Origin: Candidatus Poseidoniales archaeon
GTDB taxonomy: Archaea; Thermoplasmatota; Poseidoniia; Poseidoniales; Thalassarchaeaceae
Length of the DNA stretch: 64,000 nt
NCBI GenBank assembly: GCA_012964335.1
Contig: DTUF01000022.1
Span: 30,195 to 94,194, forward strand
Reading direction: 5' to 3'
The position numbers and the translations under genes are program-made. Positions 56,436 to 64,000 of this stretch are shown in pieces. The notes beneath the pieces are model-generated. The model did no database searches and had not been told where the DNA came from. It saw only the letters and a program-made list of their open reading frames with translations. Within the stretch, counting starts at the first letter, position 1; the number at the start of each line of letters is the position of its first letter.

Positions 56436-57998
56436 TCACTCTCCTGTCACATATGGTACTTTAAAAGTGCCACCAAAATGGTTTGGCCCAATAATAGTGT
56501 CCCAATTCTCTACCCAATTGTACTGATATGCGTTTATGGACATCACTTTATAGAATTCATCGGGTGCAATTCCTTCTGGACTATATGGCTCTAAAAATTC
56601 TGAAAATGCTGTCGGAGTATGCAATAACCATTTATTGTTGACAACATCGACTGAACCTTCTAGGTAACAACTGTCCAAATTTATGCCATTTTCAGAACAC
56701 CATTCACTATTGTATGGGATTAGAACCACTGACCATGCATGAGCTTCCCAGATTTCATGATCCAAGGAAGTTAGGGCACCGAATTCATACCATGTAGGGA
56801 TGTTCTTTACCCTTAGTATACTCATCCATGCGTTGGCTTGTTCATCACAATCGCCTATCCCTTGGGCTAAACAAATAGGGCCACTACGAGGCGGATATGC
56901 AGAACCCGGCCCATATACCACATTATCTCTGACGTAGATGAATGCAGCGTGCGAGAAAGCGTAGATGTTGTTCTGTTGCCCTACCGGGAGACTTGCCTGA
57001 ATATTATCTGCTGCTGCCTTGACCAGATAATGATCGCCATCAATTGCCCAATTCTCAATTGAACCTCCAACATTTCGGTCATACCACTGATGTTCTTCTC
57101 CAATCAATGAAGTGGTAGCTCCAACCCATCCCGACCTAGATAAATCAGTAAACAAGCCAGAACTGGAAATATCCATTCCCTGAGATGTTCCAGTAATAGG
57201 TGTTGAGATAGTATCTCCACGATTCCATGCATAAGAATATGATTCGATATCATATGTTATCGTTAGGATTGCAATCGAAGTCGCGGGTATATCGCCTTTC
57301 CAAATTAAACACCTAGTGAATTCACATCTATCTTCACTAGAACCTAAGGATGGCCAATGAACAGAAGAGAATCCGTCTCCAAGTGATATTGCTGATGATT
57401 CTTCCAAGTATTCAACGGTGTCAACTGGAACATCAATATGAGAAAAACTAGAACCAACCTTCATAGATTTCACCCATTGAACGTCAGATGCCATGTCTAG
57501 ATTCCCATTTCGATCAAATGTCGTGTCGTCAACACCGCGATTGGTTCGCTGAATTGGAATTGGCAGACGGTACAAAAATTGTCTCTCCCCTGAATCAAAA
57601 TTTTCAATTTCAACCGTTCTTTGGAGAGTATATTCTGTGCCTACAGGGTATTCGTGGGCTGGGCCAATTGATTTCCAAAATTCACCTAACCAAATGCTCA
57701 ATTGTTTATTCACATGCTCTTGGGCGGGTGTAAATAGGAAAACGAAAGCAATGACTATCACCAATACAAGATTTTTAAATTGTTTTCCAGTTTTCTTCTT
57801 TTTTCTTTTCAGATGAGCCTGCTGTGCCCTAGCCTTTGGACTCAAGCCATACTGCACTCTAGAACTATGTTGTTGAGGAACGCCTGATGGCGTAACGCGA
57901 CCTCCCATTCCAGAAGTTCCACTGATTACTCTACCACAACCGTGGCATATCGGGTTCCTCAAACTGGCGGGAGCCATGCAATAAGGGCAACGAGCCAT
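56436..57998 (-). CDS. transglutaminase-like cysteine protease-domain membrane protein with N-terminal zinc ribbon
   Basis: CPYC..CHGC, basic stretch and TM, then GDCDEQA / HAW / D triad; ATG 57998 chosen. Confidence 0.85.
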   Translation of the reverse strand: MARCPYCMAPASLRNPICHGCGRVISGTSGMGGRVTPSGVPQQHSSRVQYGLSPKARAQQAHLKRKKKKTGKQFKNLVLVIVIAFVFLFTPAQEHVNKQLSIWLGEFWKSIGPAHEYPVGTEYTLQRTVEIENFDSGERQFLYRLPIPIQRTNRGVDDTTFDRNGNLDMASDVQWVKSMKVGSSFSHIDVPVDTVEYLEESSAISLGDGFSSVHWPSLGSSEDRCEFTRCLIWKGDIPATSIAILTITYDIESYSYAWNRGDTISTPITGTSQGMDISSSGLFTDLSRSGWVGATTSLIGEEHQWYDRNVGGSIENWAIDGDHYLVKAAADNIQASLPVGQQNNIYAFSHAAFIYVRDNVVYGPGSAYPPRSGPICLAQGIGDCDEQANAWMSILRVKNIPTWYEFGALTSLDHEIWEAHAWSVVLIPYNSEWCSENGINLDSCYLEGSVDVVNNKWLLHTPTAFSEFLEPYSPEGIAPDEFYKVMSINAYQYNWVENWDTIIGPNHFGGTFKVPYVTGE

Positions 57999-58069
57999 TA
58001 TGATACTGTGCCACACTAAGCCCCATAACGATTCTCCATTAACTATCCAAAATGAGAAGAATTTGATTA

Positions 58070-58867
58070 TTATTCTTCTGAGTCATTTACTAGGTCACCA
58101 CGTTGTCTCTGTGCTTTGAGGCGTGCCCGCTCAGGAGATTTCCTAACGGTGCGATGATATTCTTGTCTAATTGAAGGGATTAGTGCAGAGGGCAACCACT
58201 TTTCTTCTGCAATAGAGAATCCGTAAATCGCAACAACTGGTAATACCATCAATATTATTGGTTGAGCAGTGATTCCAACCAAGACTATGATTAAAATAAA
58301 ACCTCGGTAAAGGCCTGATTGCCACATAACGGTCAGTGGCTTTTTGTCTACAACTGCTGCACCTTGCCAAGAGCCTAGAGAGGCTTCAATTGCTGGAAGA
58401 GTGAAGGTAATCCATACTCCTGTAAGAAGCATTGGCCAATTGAAACCAGAAACGAAGCCAATCCAATTTGGGTCAGCCATCCTAATCATCAGATATGAGG
58501 CTTGTAACGCACCCATTCCAAGTCCCATGGTCCATCCAGATGTTGGAGAAGCAAGTAATAGTCTCACTTTTTCTCTAGATAGAAGAAAATGGAAAATAAG
58601 AGACTGAGCAAGGCCTACAAATATCATAAGACCCAAAGTTTCAATCAATACTGCTCCAGTTTCGGCTACAAGACTGATAAAAAGTCCATCAATTAGGATC
58701 CCACTGAACGCCCCAAGAACGATTCCAAAAGCAAGATGTTTCGTAGCATTTGGCATATCATAGAATCCAGCCATATTTTGCATTCCACCTCGCCAACCAA
58801 CGTATACGCCGAGGGTGCCAAGAGCGATAAGAATCTGAACCTGATACTGAGGCATGTCCAATCCCAT
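58070..58867 (-). CDS. hypothetical multi-pass membrane protein
   Basis: About 7 hydrophobic segments and a charged C-terminal tail. Confidence 0.75.
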   Translation of the reverse strand: MGLDMPQYQVQILIALGTLGVYVGWRGGMQNMAGFYDMPNATKHLAFGIVLGAFSGILIDGLFISLVAETGAVLIETLGLMIFVGLAQSLIFHFLLSREKVRLLLASPTSGWTMGLGMGALQASYLMIRMADPNWIGFVSGFNWPMLLTGVWITFTLPAIEASLGSWQGAAVVDKKPLTVMWQSGLYRGFILIIVLVGITAQPIILMVLPVVAIYGFSIAEEKWLPSALIPSIRQEYHRTVRKSPERARLKAQRQRGDLVNDSEE

Positions 58868-58967
58868 AGTGGGGCGAGTTGTTGTCTCTTGATGTATTCA
58901 CCGCTTGAACAATTACTAGTCCGGCGCATTCAAACGGGATGGGTGTAACCGCCGCATAGGTGGATGC

Positions 58968-60323
58968 ATGGCGCTTGAAGGACTGAAGTCTGGAATCTTT
59001 GGAGCTATTGCTGCGCTAAAGGGCAAGCGCAAGTTGGATGAAGCAGAACTTGCTGAGATGATAAAAAGTATTAGAGTAGCTTTACTTGAAGCAGATTTCA
59101 ATGTTCGACAAACTAAGGAAATCTCAGAGAGACTAGAATCACGAATGAGAGAAGAAGAACCACGACCTGGTGTCATCTTACAGACTCACGCGTTGAACAT
59201 CATTTACACCGAATTAGTTCGCATGCTAGGGACTCCTAGGGAGATCATCCCTCACAACCAAACAATTCTCATGGTCGGACTTTACGGCCAAGGGAAGACC
59301 ACAACCACTGCAAAATTAGCTGAATGGTGGCGCAAAAAGCACAACATGAAAGTAGCCGTTATAGAGGCTGACGTGCACCGCCCTGGCGCTTATGCACAAT
59401 TGCAACAACTGCTTGCAGATTCACCAGTAGAAGTGTACGGGGAACCAGAGGAAACTGATGCGCTAGTAATTGTGAAAAACGGTTTAGAAGAAGTTGGAGG
59501 GGCAGATTTAGTCATCATTGATACTGCTGGTAGAGATAGATTAGACGAAGGATTACTTGATGAACTGGATGCAATACACCGAGTTGCAAAGGCCACAGAA
59601 CGATTCCTAGTAATTGATGCTCAGGTTGGTCAAGCCGCCGGTCCTGTAGCGGCATCTTTCCATGACCTAGTTGGAATAACAGGCGTTATTGTCACTAAAC
59701 TTGATGGGACAGCACGAGGTGGAGGTGCACTCTCAGCGGTTGCAACTACCGGCGCTCCAATTGTCTTTATTGGAGAAGGTGAAAAAGTTGCAGACCTCGA
59801 AAAATTCGAATCTGATAGATTCATCTCTCGGCTCCTTGGCATGGGAGATATTAGAGGTCTAATTGACCTTGCTCCTGAAGATTTAGATGCAGAAGAGGCT
59901 GCTAGAATTGCAGAACGATTAATGTCTGGGAGATTCACTCTCAATGATATGTACAAACAAATGGAAATGATGTCAAAAATTGGCACCGTTGACAAAATCA
60001 TGTCACATATGCCAATGGGATTCATGGGCATGGGTAATATGTCAAAGAAACAAAAACTTGAGATGCAAACGAATCTCGAACGTTTCAAGATTATTATGGA
60101 CAGCATGACCACTCACGAAAAAAACGAACCATTAGTTCTCAAACAAGAGAGGATAAAGAGAATTGCACTTGGCTCAGGTACTACTGAAAGAGATGTTAGA
60201 GACTTGCTTGCACAGTGGAAACGCTCTCGCAAGATGATGAAAGGTGTTCGAGGAAACCGTAGACTTCGAAAGCAAATGAAAGATATGATGGGCGACATGG
60301 ATGATGTCGACATGCCGATGTGA
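58968..60323 (+). CDS. srp54: signal recognition particle protein SRP54
   Basis: ALLEAD, GLYGQGKTTT, DTAGR, TKLDG and SRLLGMGD motifs; Met-rich M domain. Confidence 0.98.
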   Translation: MALEGLKSGIFGAIAALKGKRKLDEAELAEMIKSIRVALLEADFNVRQTKEISERLESRMREEEPRPGVILQTHALNIIYTELVRMLGTPREIIPHNQTILMVGLYGQGKTTTTAKLAEWWRKKHNMKVAVIEADVHRPGAYAQLQQLLADSPVEVYGEPEETDALVIVKNGLEEVGGADLVIIDTAGRDRLDEGLLDELDAIHRVAKATERFLVIDAQVGQAAGPVAASFHDLVGITGVIVTKLDGTARGGGALSAVATTGAPIVFIGEGEKVADLEKFESDRFISRLLGMGDIRGLIDLAPEDLDAEEAARIAERLMSGRFTLNDMYKQMEMMSKIGTVDKIMSHMPMGFMGMGNMSKKQKLEMQTNLERFKIIMDSMTTHEKNEPLVLKQERIKRIALGSGTTERDVRDLLAQWKRSRKMMKGVRGNRRLRKQMKDMMGDMDDVDMPM

Positions 60324-60333
60324 AGGTGAACAT

Positions 60334-60951
60334 TTGGCAGATAGAAGATTTGCCATAATTGGCCATCGAGCGAAAAGCAATGGCAAATTGAATATTAATG
60401 ACTTGGCTGGAAGTGGTGGTAGAATGGATGTTTTAGTCCGTGCCATTAACTCTGCACTTTTCTTATCTCACGGTATTAGGAAGGACACACACATCACAAT
60501 CCACATGATGGGTGGAGAAGGTCCACCGAGAAGAATATGGTTTGATGGTGCTAAAGTTTGGGGACTTCATCCTGACGAGAGAGCTATTGCTGGGCACATT
60601 GCTAAAGTCATTGCTGAACCAGTCCCAGCTAGAGGACATTGGGTAGAACACCAACCTGGGATATGGCACTCAGGAGGAGACCTGTCAGTCACCCTAAATG
60701 AGTGGAGTAAAGAGGGTGTTGAAATGGTGAAATTGGATGCTGAGGCAACAGCCTTTTCTGAACACTATAATACAACAATTCCTAGCAGCATTGGATTCTT
60801 TTTATCAGACGACCAACCATTTAGTGACGCAGAAAATATACTTCTTAAAAAATATACAAATCCCATTTCACTAGGTAAAAAATGGGTACAGGGCCACACC
60901 GCCATCGGAGTGGTACACCACTTACTTGACTCTATTATTGATCAACAATAA
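60334..60951 (+). CDS. trmY: tRNA (pseudouridine54-N1)-methyltransferase
   Basis: DLAGSGGRMDVLVR, LFLSHGIR, PDER, LSD and ISLG motifs; TTG start after SD AGGTGA. Confidence 0.92.
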   Translation: MADRRFAIIGHRAKSNGKLNINDLAGSGGRMDVLVRAINSALFLSHGIRKDTHITIHMMGGEGPPRRIWFDGAKVWGLHPDERAIAGHIAKVIAEPVPARGHWVEHQPGIWHSGGDLSVTLNEWSKEGVEMVKLDAEATAFSEHYNTTIPSSIGFFLSDDQPFSDAENILLKKYTNPISLGKKWVQGHTAIGVVHHLLDSIIDQQ

Positions 60952-61870
60952 GCCAAGAAGGCAATCCCTCACCTGAACTCGTTGTTGCAAGTAACTCATC
61001 AGCAATTGCCAATGGGTGTCCTTGAGGCCATGTCCCAAGAGTGGATACACTTGCAAAGCCCAATCTTACGCAATGGGAATCTCCATTCTCTATTGGTTCA
61101 TCTTCTATGCGAGCTGCCCCTAATTGAATATCCCATTCATCTCTATCAATAGAGTCATCTCCAACAATTTCTATCGCTCCACGATACCATCTACCACCTA
61201 AATGGGTAGAAGAAAATGCATCTTCCCATCCTACAGGGACATTGAGATTAAGATAAACATCACCTAAAATAAAGGCATTTCTTAGAATCTGCTCGTTTGA
61301 CTCTCCTTCTGGTTTAGTTGAACTTCCGCCTTCCCTACCAAAATTAACAGGTGATTCGGGGATTATTGAACAAATATTTTCAACCAATTCTAGAGTAGCA
61401 CGTAAAGCATTTGAGTAATCATTTTGTTCAAAAGAATCCAAACTAGTTGCTAATGAAGGTATACCACAAGTTCCAGCTTGACGAGCACCTCCAATCGTTC
61501 CTGAGTGTAAAACATCAACAGACATATTCGGTCCACGATTTATTCCGCTAATGCAAAGAGATGGTTTTGGAATATTAGATGGAAGTCCACCAGATAATGC
61601 CGTCAATACACTATCTGCTGGATATCCTGAAATGTCAAATAAATCAATTTTAGGGTTACCTTCCATTAATCTATAGAATTTCAATATATCATTTCGTCTT
61701 CTTAATTTCATCTTCTTATGTAATGTGAGATGCATTGTTGAGGCTGATCTTTCACGGTCTGGCGCACAAACTACTACTCTGTATCCAGCATCATGAAGTC
61801 CCTGGACGAGGGCAGATATACCCGGTGCATCGATTCCATCATCATTAGTTATCAGAATTGTATGGGCCAT
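60935..61870 (-). CDS. surE: 5'/3'-nucleotidase SurE
   Basis: ILITNDDGI.APG, G.PAD, SGIN.G.N and SGT motifs. Confidence 0.93.
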   Translation of the reverse strand: MAHTILITNDDGIDAPGISALVQGLHDAGYRVVVCAPDRERSASTMHLTLHKKMKLRRRNDILKFYRLMEGNPKIDLFDISGYPADSVLTALSGGLPSNIPKPSLCISGINRGPNMSVDVLHSGTIGGARQAGTCGIPSLATSLDSFEQNDYSNALRATLELVENICSIIPESPVNFGREGGSSTKPEGESNEQILRNAFILGDVYLNLNVPVGWEDAFSSTHLGGRWYRGAIEIVGDDSIDRDEWDIQLGAARIEDEPIENGDSHCVRLGFASVSTLGTWPQGHPLAIADELLATTSSGEGLPSWLIVDQ

Positions 61871-61872
61871 TG

Positions 61873-62847
61873 TTATTCACCTTCATCTATCGCATTTGTT
61901 AACTCGTCTATCGATGTTTGCCCAAGGGTCACCATTATCACACCAAGTATTAGGAATATACCACCTAACCAAGTGTAAACTCCAGGCACAGTTGTTGTTC
62001 CTAGGTACCACCCGATTAGAGAGCCTATCAAAGGTTCAAACAGGACAGCAACCGAAATAACTAGTGGAGTAAACCATCTTAAAACTCCATTTATTCCTGT
62101 ATGTCCAATCAAACCGGGACCGATTGCAAGGTAAGCAATGGCTGGCAACCAAAGAACATCTGACCAACCAAATAATGAACTAACTGCTGGTAATCCACCT
62201 AGTGAAGTTCCTTCAATTACAATCGAACTTAATCCAAGTAGTAATCCAGCGATGAGAGTTACTGGAAAAGCGTAAATGAACAATGGCATCCAAGCTCTCA
62301 GAACCCTGCCTGCAACTAAATATCCAACTATAGCAATCGCTCCAATAAAAGCCGCTAAATCGCCAATTAGAGTTACTTCGCCTTCATTTGTCACACCTAA
62401 TAGGGTAATCCCCGCACCTAAAAATCCGAGAAGTGCACCTGTAGTCTGGCCTGGGGAAATTTGTTTTCCTAAGAGATAAAGACCCGATACAATGACTAAA
62501 GGATGAGCTGTAACAAATAAGAGACTATGTGTTAATGAGGTGTGGTCGAGTGACCAAACCCAACTACCAAAATGTATACACAAGCAAATAGAAGAACCAA
62601 TGATTGCCAATATTACTCGCTTTTCTTTTAATCGGGAAAATGTTTCAACATCGTTATTTTTTAGATTGACAAACTGAAAAATGAAAGGTGGTAACAGAAT
62701 TAGAGCGGTTGCCTGTAAACGCCAAGATGCACGTAATATTGGGTCGACTTCATTTATCAATTGGAAAACTGCACCTGCACTTGATACTGCTATTACTGAA
62801 GTTGCTAAAATCAGCCACGCGAAGGCAGGGGGTGGCTGCTCAGCCAC
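61873..62847 (-). CDS. DMT/EamA family transporter
   Basis: About 10 TM helices in two repeats; W..SLDHTS, GH and LFEP motifs. Confidence 0.9.
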   Translation of the reverse strand: MAEQPPPAFAWLILATSVIAVSSAGAVFQLINEVDPILRASWRLQATALILLPPFIFQFVNLKNNDVETFSRLKEKRVILAIIGSSICLCIHFGSWVWSLDHTSLTHSLLFVTAHPLVIVSGLYLLGKQISPGQTTGALLGFLGAGITLLGVTNEGEVTLIGDLAAFIGAIAIVGYLVAGRVLRAWMPLFIYAFPVTLIAGLLLGLSSIVIEGTSLGGLPAVSSLFGWSDVLWLPAIAYLAIGPGLIGHTGINGVLRWFTPLVISVAVLFEPLIGSLIGWYLGTTTVPGVYTWLGGIFLILGVIMVTLGQTSIDELTNAIDEGE

Positions 62848-62856
62848 GCTTCAACC

Positions 62857-64000
62857 TCACCCTAACTCGGCTTCCAAAAGTTCATCTTTCGGACCAATTA
62901 TTCCAGCCTTCCTGAATAACAGATAGATACCTAGACCTAACACTATATTCATTCCTAAAAATGAACCGAACCTCGCATAAGGATACCAACCAAGGTCCCC
63001 TAGTACCTGTTCTTCCATGACTGGGTTTCCGTCTGGATCCAAAACAGGAGTTTCACCATCTAATGTTGGAACAATTTCCCCTGTTGGGAGTTCATCTACA
63101 ACTGCAAATACAGCACTCTCTACGCCAAGGAAGGCTTCGCCGGTTAGCATACCTGCGGCAAGCATAAACGTACCAAGTAACATGATTGCGCGAGTCCTTT
63201 CGGCTTCTTTATTGCCTTCTTTTTCACGAATTTTTTCAACCTTCGGAGCAAGCCTCTTTGCCTCCCACCAATCTCGTAATCCGCCACCAATTAGCATTGG
63301 GAAAGTAGCCAAAGTAGGTAGATACATACCTAGTCCAAATGATGTACCCATTCCAGTAGCCCATTCAATGAAACAGCCAAGCAAGAAACCCAATCCTAAT
63401 GCATAGAGATTGCCTTCATTCTCCGCTAACAAAATTGTGAAAGTTGCGAATGCATTTGCTTGTGGGGCAAGTAGATCGATGCGGCCATCAGCAAGCATCT
63501 TTGACAAGAAAATCGCAACACCTGCACCAAGGATTGCACCAGGAACAACTCCCATGATATTTCCTTTAGAGATGTGATAAGGTCGGTTTCCAATGTAAAG
63601 ACTATTTTTGTAATCCCCAACTACAGTTCCAGACATTGAGATAGCAGAGCCAAACACAGTTGTCCCAACAAGTCCCAATAAGATGGCTTCCTCTTTAGTC
63701 AAGCCAAAAGTATCTCGTAAATTGAGGAACAATCCTAGTAAACCAAGTAGAACTATGAAAGATGTACCACTAACGGGTTCAATCCCTGTTTCACCCATTA
63801 CGCGCACTGCAATCGCACCAAGTAAGAAGGTTGCAACGCCGACGATAATTGCAAATAGAAGGCTTGGAATAAGTGGGAAACCGCCAACTGTAAAGATGAA
63901 AGACATTGCGAAGAAAGAGATGACGATGAAAATTGGAAGGTGGTAGAGTGGCCATTCATACCATCCCTTTTCCTCCATATATTCTGCACCTTGTTCCCCT
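62857..64000 (-). CDS. second OPT family oligopeptide transporter, C-terminal part (start lies beyond window)
   Basis: GETGIEPVSG, DYK, APQA, FGLGMYLP and GMLTGEA motifs; frame appears to continue past the window end. Confidence 0.85.
   Translation of the reverse strand, partial: GEQGAEYMEEKGWYEWPLYHLPIFIVISFFAMSFIFTVGGFPLIPSLLFAIIVGVATFLLGAIAVRVMGETGIEPVSGTSFIVLLGLLGLFLNLRDTFGLTKEEAILLGLVGTTVFGSAISMSGTVVGDYKNSLYIGNRPYHISKGNIMGVVPGAILGAGVAIFLSKMLADGRIDLLAPQANAFATFTILLAENEGNLYALGLGFLLGCFIEWATGMGTSFGLGMYLPTLATFPMLIGGGLRDWWEAKRLAPKVEKIREKEGNKEAERTRAIMLLGTFMLAAGMLTGEAFLGVESAVFAVVDELPTGEIVPTLDGETPVLDPDGNPVMEEQVLGDLGWYPYARFGSFLGMNIVLGLGIYLLFRKAGIIGPKDELLEAELG

Noticed and set aside
1-64000. CRISPR arrays, IS elements, integrases, prophage, rRNA/tRNA
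   Set aside because: No repeat-spacer periodicity, transposase, integrase or capsid motifs, or structured RNA genes seen by eye; nearly all sequence is covered by assigned CDSs

Overview
Gene-dense, moderately AT-rich archaeal chromosomal segment, most consistent with a marine Thermoplasmatota (Marine Group II/Poseidoniales-like) genome; the taxonomy is inferred from gene content and was not tested. The window is mainly housekeeping. It carries futalosine menaquinone genes (mqnD, mqnA, mqnE), split transketolase, proS, coaBC, kptA, isoprenoid genes (ipk, a type-1 IDI–GGPP synthase fusion, an AMPD-like UbiD) and the rps12-rps7-EF2 cluster. It also carries the proteasome/exosome superoperon, dph6, purB, tiaS, gmhA/gmhB, an archaeosortase, a 1764-aa Lhr helicase, glyS, rfcL, trkAH, srp54, trmY, surE and two OPT transporters. 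I saw no tRNA, rRNA, CRISPR array or mobile element. The most notable observations are: (1) a MamK-like (not MreB-like) actin with its own candidate promoter, surrounded by uncharacterised zinc-ribbon proteins and with no magnetosome genes; (2) a bacterial-type delta-9 acyl-CoA desaturase lying between rps7 and EF-2; (3) a recurrent non-canonical TTCAA box at the TATA position of apparently leaderless genes; (4) the IDI1–GGPPS fusion; (5) a double-length Lhr with an apparently duplicated C-terminal module; (6) heptose biosynthesis genes divergent from an archaeosortase. All family assignments come from motif recognition by eye; no database search was run.
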